NCBI RefSeq assembly: GCF_036321535.1
Contig: NC_087438.1
Coordinates: 7,504,001 to 7,568,000 of the forward strand
DNA: 64,000 nt
From: Camelus dromedarius
Lineage: Eukaryota
Direction of reading: 5' to 3'
Both the position numbers and the translations under genes were made by a program. The notes under the pieces were generated by a model. It ran no database searches, was not told where the DNA came from, and saw only the letters and a program-made list of their open reading frames with translations. Below are positions 25,098-37,705 of this stretch, piece by piece (the first letter of the stretch is position 1; the number at the start of each line of letters is the position of its first letter).

Positions 25098-26351
25098 ACA
25101 TGGAGAAAGAATTCAGATGGGAGAAGTCCCCAGGGCTGCAGTAATGCAAGAAGAAGCTTTATGAGAAAGGAGCTCACGTGGGGCCTCGCGGTGAGCTGAG
25201 AGAAACTTCCAGACGTGAGGAGTGGCCGTGCGAAGGTGTGTGGGAAGAATGGGCACCAGGTGCTCTCGGCTCAGGCCTGGATTCATGGAAGAGGGGGCGT
25301 AGCGGGATCTGCAGGGGAGGTTGGATGGAGTGAGACTGGGTAAGGCCTTCAGTGGCAGGTTACAAAGACTAGGAAGCTGAAGACCCCGACGCGGCAGAGG
25401 GAGCTGTGGGCCAGCGTTCTGCACGTGAGCCCCGCCGTCGCGGCTGAGGAAGCCCTTAGCCCCCCGCGAAGGCCACAGCTGCCGTTCACAGAGGGCCTTA
25501 TCTGTGCCAAGCTGGTGTCTTCTCCCCCTGGGAGGGGTTGTTACTTTAACCCCTTTTCCCCCCGCAAAGCTCAGGCTCTAAGAATTATAATTTTCCCCCC
25601 ACAGTCATTCAGGCAACAGGTCACAAGCTGAGGCTGAAACCCAAGTTTTCTGGCCCAAATTCTGTGCTCCCTGCACCCCACCCCACTGCAGAGGTTGAGG
25701 GAGACCGGACACCCTAGGGTGCTGTCCTGCTGCCCGCAGGCCGGCCTGGTGCGCTCTGGGGAGCCACGGAGCTGGGGGGAGAGGCTGGGAAGGGAGCCCG
25801 GCTGGGGTGAGGACCGCGGCAGGAAGACATGCAAACTAATGCGCAGTGAACAGAGAACAGCACAGAGGCCTCTGAGCGCTGAGCAGATGGAATGCTTATC
25901 GTGCGAGGGGAAATCTCAACAGTCGTATGTGTTCTCGTTATATCTGAAAATGAAGAAGGTACTTAGAAGTGGCAGGAAGGCAGACTTGCTGTCCAGTCGC
26001 TTACTCTAAGCTGTGGGTCCCTCCCACATTGACTGAAGGTACATGTGGGGTTTAGAACTGGGAGAATCACGCTGAAATCCAGACCTTTGAAAAATTGTCT
26101 GATGTGATGGAAAATTAGAGGAAACTGGATATACAAGTTTAGACATGCATGTTTTAATATAATATGACTCTAAGAGTGAGGTGGGAAGCCCCATGAAAAA
26201 GACGGCAGGATCCCCCGGCAGGGCCACTACCCTCCTGCCAGCAGCATTCAGTTCCTTGGCCCAGTGGCATTATTTAGCTTTTTAAATTCTGTAATGGCTT
26301 AATTCTAGGAAAGTGGAATTACCCCTAAGATTCTATTGGTTCCCTGAGCGA

Positions 26352-26440
26352 ACTCCTGACTGGTCCATTTCTCACTCCTAATTGGTCCATTTCTCTCACT
26401 CCTGATTGGTCCATTTCTCTCACTCCTGATTGGTCCATTT
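26352..26440. repeat. Tandem repeat in LTR U3, about 4 x 22-24 bp (ACTCCTGATTGGTCCATTTCTCTC)
   Basis: Units at 26352, 26374, 26398 and 26422. Confidence 0.93.
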
Positions 26441-26657
26441 ATATAAAGCTTGTTCCTAATTAGTCACCTTTGTTATACCTTATTTGCATATGATGCAAAA
26501 TGTTTTAAAGTCTACACTGGTAGCCTATAAAAGTGTGTGTAAACCTACAGACGGGGTCCAGAGCTTGGAATGTTAACCCCTCTGGGCCCGCTGGCGTAAT
26601 AAACCTGAGTTCTCCAACCCTCCGAGTGCTGCTTGGTCTCTCGCCTGGATCCAGGTT

Positions 26658-26720
26658 GCTGTAACACTGAGCTGTAACACCGAGCTGCAACACTGAGCTG
26701 TAACACACTTTGCTGCAACA
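26658..26720. repeat. Tandem repeat in LTR U5, about 4.5 x 13 bp (GCTGTAACACTGA)
   Basis: Units at 26658, 26671, 26684 and 26697, plus the terminal gctgcaaca. Confidence 0.93.
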
Positions 26721-26726
26721 AGAGGA

Positions 26727-27050
26727 CAAGGGTTTTTAACTCAAGGGACACAAATAAAAATCAAGGTCCCCCTGAGCTAGGCTGGGGGAAAACAAAACAA
26801 AATACAAACCCTGTGTTTTTATTTTCCTTCTCTTTTCACTATGAATTCAGCAACAAGCCATAGCAGTATCAGCAGGACCTGTAATTTTTATATCATGTTA
26901 CTGCTGTTGACCGATATCTTGAAATACAGTTTATATTCATCACTACTTCAATGTGAGAGCAGGGATCAGAGCTATCTTGAAAGCTGGTGATAAAACATTT
27001 AATAAATAAATATATCACGGTTTAAAATATTTTGATAAGTGCATTCATAC
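26727..27050. mobile_element. hAT-Charlie relic
   Basis: aagccatagcagtatcagcaggacctgtaa...gatatcttgaaatacagtttatattcatcactacttc resembles Charlie internal sequence. Confidence 0.45.
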
Positions 27051-30000
27051 CTCTCATGGTGAGAAAACCTTTATTATAAGGAAACAAAAACAAAATCAGG
27101 AAAAATATACAGGAAGAAATTTGAAAGTATTTGAAAACCGGGAAACCTAGGTGTGCAGATGGCAGGACCGTGTTTTAGGAGGGTAGGGGTTTCCCATGTG
27201 GGTCCTTCCTAGAGGTGAGCCTCCAATGTGGCTGTGACCTTCCCTGCACCCATAGTGAGGGGAATCATGTGGACAGCTGGCGAGCTGCTATTTTTAGAGG
27301 GGAGAGAAGGGAGGCCCCACAGGGCAGGTGCCACAGAGGGTTAGATGCCGTAGTCTGACGTCCCAGGTCTGCCCTTAGGAGGATGTGGCTGCATCTCGTC
27401 CTAGACAGAATCTGTGAAGTAATGGCAATGGCTCCAACCCCCCCCCGGGGAGTAACTTCCCAGCCCACAGCCTGCTGATGCTTGCGCCCACCTCCAGGTG
27501 ACACTCAGGTGGCCGAGTCTCACGGCTGTGGCCCGCTCCACTCTCCCCACCGGACATCAGGAGACGCCTGACCCTGTGGGTCCCCACAGCGACATCCTCT
27601 GACCTTGAGACACTCAGGCCAGCGGCAGTGCTCTGCCTGTCCTGTGGGCTGCTTAACAGGCAGTCCCTGAGGCCCCAGGCAAAGGCCCCTGTAAAACAAT
27701 AGCTTGGTCCCTTCTAGGTGAACAGCCCCCCTTGAAAGCAATTCACAAGAGTTTATCTGGGGAGGAAGCAAAAGAAAACGTGAAGAATTAACACAACCGT
27801 CAGGGAAAGGAGTGGGTGAATGAAGGCTTCTAGGCAAACAAGGCCGTTTTGCCGATGCCTCGGAGAGGGGTGGGCAGGCTGCTGCAGGAAGGGACGCTCT
27901 CCTGCCTTGTCCATCATCCGTGCCCCGGGGCCATGAAAACTCACCGCGGAATTTATCACTTTCTTCACATGTCAGCTTGTCACATGTAACAATTAATTTA
28001 TGATCCCAAATTGGACCTGACAAGAAGCCTCTTGACGATATGGCATGCCTGGATTCAGCAGAGATGAACACTGTTTTAATTTCTCCAGCAGAGATGCAAG
28101 GATCAACCCGGGCTGCTTTTATAATTTCTGTAGCACTCAACCCAGCGCCCACCTCATGGCCACGTGGCCCCTTCCTCTGACAGCTGTGGCCAGTTTTAGG
28201 AAGCATGGTAACCCAGGGTTGCTTACTGATCATTCACAGTCTTCAGAGGTACACAGGAAGTGAGGAACAGAAGCAGAAATGGAGTGCCACCAACGGAGAG
28301 TCAGTGGGAAAACAAGGCTGAATAAACTCTGACATCATGACAGGAAAGGGAAGAACATTTGATTGGGGAACCTGATTTACGATGAACTTTTCAGGAACAC
28401 ATCAGTGGTGCCAAGCAAACACCCTCTGGCATCTAGACATCCGTGGACAGCCAGAGGAAGTCTCATCTCGACCTCTCCTCCCTCTTACAGGCAGCTGCTA
28501 ACACAATATGGTCCCTGCGGCAGGTGGCTCAGCTGCTGGCTGCCACACCCCATCAGGCCCAGATGCCACGAGAATGGAACGTCGCCCTAAGGGAAACCAT
28601 CTGGGGGACAATGTCGGCATCTAAATGAGGATGCTTGGCCACTGATAGTGATACCCTCCCTGCTCACACCCGCCACCCAGTGCCTGACACTCAATGCTAA
28701 GTCCTTCTCAAAGTGACTATTCCTGACCACCCTTCAAGGAATGAAGTCAGGAAGGAGCCCACAGAATGATGTTCAATCACAGAAGCTGCCTAGCAGGACA
28801 CTCAGTGTTCGATGTACCGAAAAATCCTCTTTACCCGTCTTGATGGTCCTGGCCGCCCCCGCCGCCAAGTCCAGGCCCTTAGAAGGGACAGCCATTCTTC
28901 AGAGTCAGGTCCCTTGATGAAATGTCAATGCCAAAGAAATATAGGTGGACATGCCTTACAGATCGCTGCCTTGCCTCGCTCTCGGCACAGTGGTCTCCTC
29001 TAAAAAGAGGAAGCAGTTTACAGAAGAAAAAAAGCGAACCGTTTCCTCCCTCTGAAACGGCATTTATGATAATAAACTGAATGACAAAAGAGGGAAGATA
29101 CTATATTAACAGCTCATTAGACAAAAATAATAGAAGATAAGAATGTCAAAAACCATGGAAATTAATTCAGTTCCCCTTACACACAAACACACACATATTT
29201 ATATTTCTATGTGTGTGTGTGTCTATCTCCTAGCCTATAAATAATTTGACTTGCACAAGGTCACTCAGCTAGCTGGCCCAACTCAGGTCCTCCCCCTGGG
29301 TCCTTCTAATGCCTTGTAAGAACCATTCAGTGGCTGCAGAACCTTGGAAACAATACTTAGCTCCTCTGGGTCATCCTACTGTTAAGCCCATTTCACAGGA
29401 ACGCTTGGGAAAAAAATAACAGACGAGAAATGGAGGCACATGTAAGAACGATCATTAAGAATACCCAGGCAAGAGAGAAAACAAAACAGTTCGGAGCATC
29501 TTTAGTAAAGAAAAAGACAGCATGCTATAGTCACTAATTAACATGTAGCACTTCACCAGGAGAGACTGTTTTGCAGCTCTGGGCCAGATACTAAAACTGA
29601 AGAACCAATGTGTAAAACCAAGCTCCCGCCTCATTAAAAATCTTGTTCTGAGTTGGCTATGTGTTTTATTGTATGTCATTATCTCCAACCTCATTATAAT
29701 GCTGAGTCGTGACACCTGCGGTGTGGACAGGGCTCCCCAGGATACACGAGAAGGAGGCTCGTTCACCTCGCCCTGCATCTTAAGGGGATTGAGTGCTCTC
29801 CGAGTGCATCTGCCAGGTGTCCATTTGGAAGATTATTGAAGAAAGGCCAACATACAAATGGCGCCTTGTTCAGGTGCAGAAAGACACACACAGCACAAAA
29901 GTAAACTTGAGAGATTGGTTCAATGAGCCATCGTGCATAGACACTGCGTTTCCTTGTGCTATCCTGAAACTGGCATCCGAGAATTTTTAGTAAAAACCTT

Positions 30001-30568
30001 AAAAAGATTTAAGAGCACAACACCTTTAATCCTGTTTAAGGCTGAAATGGTTTATCATCACCTACCCGGCATTACTCTGCCACCAAGGGATGCAGAGGAG
30101 CGCAGTGGGGACGGAGCTGTCTCCCCAGATTTCTGGAGGATGGACTCATGTTTTCTCATCTCCTCCAGAGTCGGGTGGAGTTCCGGCCATGTTGCCAGAA
30201 CTCCGTAACCAGGCCACTTACTAATTCACACTGTGCTGTTAGTTCTCTTCAAAGCTTGTAGATACTCATGTTCCCTCACTCGGTTTTTACTGTGAAAGTC
30301 CTGTAAGAGAAGCAGGCTGGTCTACTAATCTTATGCTACCGATGAGGAGACAGGGCCCTGAAGGTTAGCGCTTTACCTGGGACCACCCGGGAGCCAGCCC
30401 ATCCCAGCCTGGAGCCAAGCTGCTTTCTACACATTTCAGGCAGACACAGAAGGCTGACTCTTGAGGACCACATGCACCTAAGTTGCTTGACTTCGTGGTC
30501 GTAACTGTAAGAAGAAAGGAAGCTACAAAGACCAACAGATAAACTAACAGATAAAATGCCTAAGTTGG

Positions 30569-30990
30569 ACCTAGAGATCGTCATTCTAAGTGAAGCAAGC
30601 CAGAAAGAGAAAGAAAAATAACATATGATATCACTCATACGTGGAATCCAAAATAAAAAGAAAAAAAAAGGATACTATGAACTCATCTATAAAACAGAAA
30701 CAGACTCGCGGACATAGTAAATCTTACGGTTACTGGGGACAGGGGGTGGGAAGGGATAAATTTGGGAGTTTGAGATTTACAAATGTTAGGCACTATATAT
30801 AAAAATAGATTTTAAAAAAAGTTTCTGCTGTATAGCCCAGGGAACTGTGTTCAGTATGTTGCAGTAACTTTTAATGAAAAAGAATATGGAAACGAATATA
30901 TATATATACATGTATATGCATGACTGGTACACTGTGCTGTACACCAGAAATGGACACATTGTAACTGACTGTGCTTCAGTTGAAAAAAAA
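30569..30990 (+). mobile_element. Young lineage L1 3' end
   Basis: cctagagatcgtcattctaagtgaag...ctgtgctgtacaccagaaatggacacattgtaactgac plus poly-A; TSD gcctaagttgg / gcctgagttgg. Confidence 0.9.
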
Positions 30991-32089
30991 AAGCCTGAGT
31001 TGGGTCAAACTCAGGTTTCCAGGGGAAGCACTTCTCTTCTCTGGGTTCTGTGCCCTCTAAGAGATGCGACTCAGTAACTCAGCGAGCCTTCATGCTCGCC
31101 CCCAGGCTTGGGTTTTCAGTGTCTCTCATCCCACACAATAAAAGCCACAAGCTCTGGTTGCTGGAAGATACTTGGGGCAGAATTCCTTCCTCTTCCCAGG
31201 AGTAGGGTGGGGGTCACTAGATCCTTGCTGACCTGAGCCTCTCTCCCCTTCAGGCTCCGCTGTGGCCCAACAAAGGCAACAAAGGTGTTTCTTGTAGAAA
31301 TCCACCCCGGAGGCTCAGCCTTGCTGAGGGTGGGAAGGGTTTGCATTTGTTTTCGATCTAAAATCACATTTGAAACCTTTGGTGAAATGAAAACAGACTC
31401 CTCCATTCTTTTGCAGTATTTGTTTTGGGCCCATGTGGCACCACCCTTCCCATTTAAGACTTATTTTTTTTTCCCACTGCAAATCATAATGAATTTAGTG
31501 GCTGTGAGTCATCGGTTTTTACCCTGACGCCAGCTTCCTCTAATTTGTATTTTTTCTGGTCTGATTTCCTTTCTTTGCAGCTGACTTTGGAAATCTCAGA
31601 TCTATGGCTTCTCAAACAAAGCTGGACCCAGCCCTGTGCTCTGTGTCTCCCACACACGGGGCAGGCGGTTCCTAAGTGTATGTTCATTTCCTGGCTCTGG
31701 GGCTCCTGTCATAGAGACTTCATGACTTGCTGGAGCAGCGACGGCAGATTATTCAGGCTGAGGGAGCAGGGGTGGGGGTGGCGGTGGGAGACATGCCCCC
31801 AAGGGAACCCAGGCACCTGCAGAGCTACTCCGACACGAACCTGGTGAAACAGCAAAGCTTGAGTTGACAGTTGGAGTAGAAGGAAAATTCCAGAAACTCT
31901 TCTGTTTAAATGAGCTTAGATGGACCCCAGTATCTAGCAATACAATCCTAGTGCTGAAAATACGTCTCTGAACTTTACAATTCTAAGTAGAATTTAGGCT
32001 CTCTTCTCCATAAGTCCTCTCCAATTCCTTGTGAAAGGAGGGCTGGCTGCCAGAATACAAGGGCTGGACAGCAGAGCGGCAAGTCTTTG

Positions 32090-32260
32090 GAATTATGAAG
32101 ATGCGAGTTCAAATCCTACTTCTATCAGTGCCTCTCCGGATGACCTTGGGCACGTCATGGGCCTTTCTGAGCAAATGTCCTCATCCATAAAAGAAGGGTC
32201 CACCATCTCCCTTGTCGGCTGTGAAGACAAAATAAGACTAAGTATACAAAGCACCTGGTC
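32090..32260 (+). mobile_element. MIR SINE
   Basis: gagttcaaatcctacttct...tgaccttgggca...cctcatccataaaa. Confidence 0.6.
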
Positions 32261-33018
32261 TAACGGCGGATTTATTTGGCTAACAGACTCTCCCAATACT
32301 GAAGAATTGCTTGTTTGATAGTTGGAACAATCTTCTAAATTTCTCATTCCCCAAGGCCCGATTCAGATGAGACATAATCATAAACTCAACAGGTTGAGTG
32401 ACAGATACTTCCTAAATAGATTCAAGTCCCACAGAGAAAATGTTCAGCCTGCCCTATGGCCAGTTCTCACACTGTCTGCTTCCTCCCCTCTGGAGTACTT
32501 ATAAATATGGTGGTTATTTAATTAGGAAGTCGTAATTACTTAGGAACAGCTAAAAGGTAAATTATATAACATTTTCTACCTTTTACATAATGCCAGTACA
32601 TTTCTGAGAAGCATAGACCTCATTAGCATCACAGAGGCTGGGATGGACTCACTACTCCAAGTGTGCTGGGAACATGTGCACCCCTCCCTTCCCAGCCCCC
32701 GCCTGGTAGAAATGCAGCCTCAGGCCCCACCCCAGACCATCTGCAAATTTTGGCAAGATTTCCAGGTGATTTGCAAGAGCCTTGAAATTTGAGAGGCTCT
32801 GCCTACTCCTTGGTCACTTGGGGGAGTCAGCCGGGGAGTGGGGTGGCCCAGGAAACCAGGATTCTCCTGATTGTTGCCACTTCTGCTTGGCCGAGCACCC
32901 GGAGGCAAGTCACACCACCATCCACGCCTCCTCCCTCCATCCCTCCTGTGAAATCTGAATCTGTGAAGGGTCTGCATTTTACCTTACTTGCCAGCTAACC
33001 AGTCATTTGGTCACAGGG

Positions 33019-33026
33019 TATATATG

Positions 33027-33075
<49 letters not shown>
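33019..33075. repeat. (TA)n/(TG)n microsatellite
   Basis: Read directly from the sequence. Confidence 0.95.
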
Positions 33076-33077
<2 letters not shown>

Positions 33078-33089
33078 CCACAGATCTCC

Positions 33090-35030
33090 AGGACAAACCC
33101 ACAGCTAACATCATACTCAATGGTGAAAAGTTGAAAACTTTCCCACTAAGATAGGAACAACACAAGGATGCCCACTCTCAAAACTCCTATTCAACACAGT
33201 ACTGGAAGCCCTCGCCAGAACAATCAGGCAAGAGGAAGAAATCACAGGCATCTACATCGGAAAGGGAGAAGTAAAACTGTGTACAGATGATATGCTGTTA
33301 GAGAATCCTAAACGCTCCACCAAGAAACTATTAGAACTAATAAACGAATTCAGTAAAGATGCAGGATACAAAATCAGCTCACCCAGAAAGCAGCTACATT
33401 TCTAAACACTAACAATGAACTATCTGAAAAATAAATAAAAGAAATAATCCCAGTTATAATAGCATCAAAAATAATAAAATATTTAGGAATAAATTTAACC
33501 AAGTAGGAGAAAGATCTGTACACTGTGATCTCTAAAACATTGATGAAAGAAATTGAAGAAGACATAAATAAATAGAAAGATATCTTATGTTTATGGACTG
33601 GAAGAATTAATATTCACATGTCTCTATTACCCAAAGTGATCCACAGAGTCAATGCTATCCCTATCAAAAGTCCACTGACATTTTATACAGAAATAGAAAA
33701 AAAAATTCTAAACTTGGTATGGAACCAAATAAGACCTGGAATTGCAAAAGCAATCCTGAGAAAGAAGAACAGAACTGTAGGCATCACATTCTCTGAATAT
33801 ATATAAACTATATTACAAATCCATAGTAATTAAAACAGTATGGTACTGTCATAAAAACAGACACATAGACCAATGAAGCAGAATTCAGAGACCAGAAATA
33901 AAACTCTGCATATACTGTCAAATAATATTTGACAAGGGAGCCAAGAATATACAATAGGGAAAGGATAGTCTCTTTGTTAAATGGTGCTGGGAACACTGGA
34001 TACAGACACACAATAAAATGAAATTGTACCCTTTGTCTTACACCACTCACAAATATTAACTTGAAATGGATTAAAGACTTAAATGTAATACCTGAAAATA
34101 TAAAACTCCTAGGAGAAAACATAGGGAAAAAGCTCCTTGACATTGATCTCGGCAACAATTTTTTGGATATGACACCAAAAGTGAAAGCAATAACAGCAAA
34201 GATAAATAAATGCAACCACATCAAACTAAAAAGTTTCTACACAGCAAAGGAAACAACCAACAGAATGAAAAGGTAACCTATGGAATGAGAGAGAATTTTT
34301 GCAAAACATATATCTGATAAGGGGTTAATATCCAAATATAAGAAACTCATATAGCTCAATAGCTCAATAGCTCCACACACACATGATTCTAAAATGGGCA
34401 GAGGACTTGAATAGACATTTTTTCAAAGAAGGCATCCAAATGGCCAATGGGTACATAAGAGGGGGCTTGACATCTTTAATCATCAGGGAAATGTAAATCA
34501 AAACCAAAATGAGAGATCCTCTCACACCTGTTAGGACGGCTATCTTCCAAAAGACAAACGGTAGATAACGAGTGACGGCGAGAAAGGGGAATTCTTGTCT
34601 ATGGTTGGTGAGAATGTAAATTGGTTCAGCCACTATGGAAAACAGTACAGAACTTCTTCAATTAAAAGTAGCTTTGGCATGTGATCCAGCAATCTTACCT
34701 CTGGGTCATGCCTGAAGGAAATGAAATCACTATCTTTTTTTTTTTTAATTGCAGTATAGTCAGTTTACAATGTTGTGTCAATTTCTGGTGTAGAGCATAA
34801 TGTTTCAGTCATACGTGAACAATGCTTTAGTCATACATGAATTCTTTTTCATATTCTTTTTCACCATAAGCTACTACAAGATATCAAATATAGTTCCCTG
34901 TGCTCTACAGTATAAACTTATTTATCTATTTTATATATACTAGTCAGTATCTGCAAATCTCGAACTCCCAAACTTATCCCTTCCCACCCCCTTCCCTGAA
35001 ATCACTATCTTGAAGAGATATCTGTACCCT
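33090..35030 (+). mobile_element. Decayed L1 ORF2 fragment (L1MA-like), interrupted at 34737-34996
   Basis: Broken ORFs translate to L1 ORF2 peptides ([22 protein letters not shown]...IKLLGENIGKKLLDIDLGNNFLDMTPK); many stops and frameshifts. Confidence 0.93.
34737..34996 (-). mobile_element. Young lineage L1 3' end nested in an older L1
   Basis: Poly-T plus antisense L1 3' UTR; perfect 15-bp TSD tgaaatcactatctt at 34722-34736 and 34997-35011. Confidence 0.93.
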
Positions 35031-35269
35031 TTGCCGTGACCCCACATCAACAGTGGCGCAGAAGTGCTCCATTATCCTGGTGATGGATGAGGGTGTGGCT
35101 CTCGTGGGCTAGGAAGACATGGACAGCTGTGTCCTGGCATGGCACACAGTAGGCGCTTTCAGGGACGGGGTGAACGAAATGTAAATGAAATGCCACAAGC
35201 AGGGAGATGGAGGACTTAGATGTCCTGGGAAACAGCTAAAAGCTACCATTATAAAAACTACTGGGGCTA

Positions 35270-35563
35270 TTACAAGATACTGTAGCACAGGGATCTGTGC
35301 TTGTTGTTTATCCATTTACATACAGTAGTTTGTATTTGCCAATCCCAAACTCCTAATTTATTCCTCCCACCTTTCCCCTTTGGTAACAGTAAGTTTGTTT
35401 TCTATGTCTGAGTCTGTTTCTGTTTTATAAATAAGTTCATGTGCATCACCTTTTTAGATTCCACATACAAGTGGTATCATGATATTTGTCTAACTGAATC
35501 ACTATGCTGTATGCCAGAAACTAACAAAACATTGTAAATCAAATATACTTCAATAAAAAAAAA
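35270..35563 (+). mobile_element. 5'-inverted (twin-primed) L1 3' end
   Basis: Antisense L1 3' segment 35270-35490 fused to a sense terminal segment 35491-35563 with poly-A; TSD tactggggcta on both sides. Confidence 0.85.
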
Positions 35564-36029
35564 TACTGGGGCTACTGGGGCACAAAAACTTTCTGTTCCA
35601 TAAAAATCCACTAGAAGAATGGTGAATGGTGCAGTTCTAGGAACTTAACCAGTGGTCTTTGGCCAGTTCTGATGGTACCGACAGGGAATAATCCTTAAGA
35701 AGATTTGGCCTAACTCACAAATCCCTCAGTTTTTGTTCTAAATGTGTATGGACACCTCTTCTGCATTCAAACATGCACTCTGGGGATGGGTCTGGCTTTA
35801 AGGGGGATTCTGTGGGTGTCCTTGGGAGGGGAATTTTTCTGTGGGTTTGGCCAGGGGTCAGTCCTTAACTCAGACCCCGGTCTAGGCACTGACCTCTGGC
35901 TGCCAGCCTCACTAGCCTGGGGTCCTCAACCCTGGGCTGTGGTGTTCAAACTTTGTTCTCCAGGCTGTAGACTGAGGTTCAAAACTTTGGCCCCACTGCC
36001 ATCTCTGGACATCACTCTTCTCCTGTGTA

Positions 36030-36397
36030 TGAGTTAGGGAGTGTCCCGTGACCCAGTTCTGGCCAATGAGTTTGCTACGGGGCTTCTGATAAAGCTTTCT
36101 TGTTCTTACAAAAGATACAAGAAGAGATGCCCGTTTCCTCCTCTGGGGACCACATATCAGGATGTGAAGCCTGGACCTGTGTGGCCAACTGGCTGCCAGG
36201 AAAAAGATGCTCCAGGAGGAGGCAGAGCCACCAGTGGTGCAGGGCCGTGTCCCTGGAAGAGCCTGAGGGACCCACCTCACCTGCAGCCAAACCTACCCTG
36301 GGACTTCTTCACAGGAGACAGTACGAGTCCTTGCTGCCTGGGCCCCTTTGCACTGGGATTTGCTACTGCTGGCAGTGAAAGGCATCCAACTAATGCC
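36030..36397 (+). mobile_element. ERVL solo LTR relic (LTR33/LTR16-like)
   Basis: gtgacccagttctggccaatgag...ggggcttctg...aaagcttt, ending gcagtgaaaggcatccaactaatgc. Confidence 0.55.
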
Positions 36398-36557
36398 TCG
36401 CTCCCCACCTCCCCCCGAGGTGTCCTGATGTCCCCCTGTATTGCAGCCAAGGCCCTCTGCAAAGTCATTCACCACAGGGCGCATCTGCTTTCCCAGCCAC
36501 GAAAATGTGGGGTTGGATGGATTACAGCCATAGTCCCCACCTTTTCATGCCTGAGGA

Positions 36558-37150
36558 CTTTTTTTTTAATTGTGGTAACATTCACACATCATAAAATTCA
36601 CCATTTTAACTATCTAAAAATATATATCTCTTAATACCACCACCTCTATCTAATTTCATAATATTTTCATCATCCCCAAAGAAAAGCCCTTACGCATTCA
36701 GCAGTCACTCCCTATTCTCCGCAGCTCCTTGGCGACCAGGAATCTGCTATATGTAATCTGTATGTAAAGTAATCTTCTCTCTGACTTTGCTTACTTTGCA
36801 CATCTCACATAAATGAGATCATATGATGTGAGGCCCTTTGTGTCTGGCTTCTTTCACTGAGCATAATGTTCTCAAGGTTCATCCAATGCTGTAACACTCA
36901 CCTTCCTTCATTCTTTTTTATGGCTGGATAATATTCTACTCTGTGGGTAGACCACATGGTACACATGGCATGTGGGTTTTCCCACTTTGGCTGTTGTGAA
37001 TAATGCTGTGATAAACATTCACGTACAAGTTTTTGAACTCCTGTTTTCAAGTCTCTTGGATGCACCCCCAGGAGCAGAATTGCTGGGTCACAGGGTAATG
37101 CCATGGTTTACTTTTTGAGGAGCCACCAAACTGCTTTCAACAGCAGCAAG
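36558..37150 (-). mobile_element. L1MB-like 3' fragment
   Basis: tttaattgtggtaacattcacacatcataaaattcaccattttaac...tctggcttctttcactgagcataatg...gaattgctgggtca. Confidence 0.85.
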
Positions 37151-37174
37151 GGCTTCTTCTGTTTGTTTCTTACA

Positions 37175-37705
37175 ATTTTTTTTTTATTGTGGTGAAAAAC
37201 ACATAACATCAAATTTACTGTCGTGACCATTTTTAAGTGCATAGTTCAGTAGTGTCGTCTATTTACATGTTGTGAAGCAGATCTTCAGAAACTTTTCATT
37301 TTGCAGAACTGAGACTCTAAAACCATCAGACAACAGCTCCCTTTTGCTTCCCCCCAGGCCCTGGCAACCACCATTCTACGTCCCGTCTCTCTCTGAATTT
37401 GACTACTTTAGAGACCTCATATAAGTGGAAACATATAATCTCCGTCCTTTTACGACTGGCTGACTTCACTTAGCATAAGATTCATCCATGTTGCAGTCTG
37501 TGACAGGGTTTCCTTCCTTTCTAAGGTTGCCTGGTATTCTGCTGTATGCATAGACTGTGTTTTGTTTATCCATTCATCCATTCATGGACATTTGGGTTGC
37601 TTCCACCTCTGGGCTATTGTGAATAATGCTGCCATGAACATGAGTGTGCAAATAATTCTTTGAGACATTGTTTTCAACTCTTTTGAATATATTGCCCACA
37701 AGTGG
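37175..37705 (-). mobile_element. L1MA/MB-like 3' fragment
   Basis: tttattgtggtgaaaaacacataacatc...tttatccattcatccattcatggacatttgggttgcttccac. Confidence 0.85.

Larger units (their letters stand above)
26177..26720 (+). mobile_element. ERV1 (gamma-like) solo LTR, 544 bp
   Basis: TG at 26177 and CA at 26720; perfect 4-bp TSD AGAG (26173-26176 / 26721-26724); CCAAT repeat array; TATAAAA at about 26526; AATAAA 26598-26603. Confidence 0.88.

Noticed and set aside
26352..26720. Short direct-repeat arrays as CRISPR-like
   Set aside because: Head-to-tail tandem units with no unique spacers, inside an LTR in a mammalian intron; no cas genes.
27520..28233. 237-aa minus-strand ORF
   Set aside because: No family resemblance; intronic; better explained as non-coding sequence.
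33090..34735. Reverse-transcriptase-related ORFs as a functional gene
   Set aside because: Fragmented L1 ORF2 with many stops and frameshifts; a dead retrotransposon.
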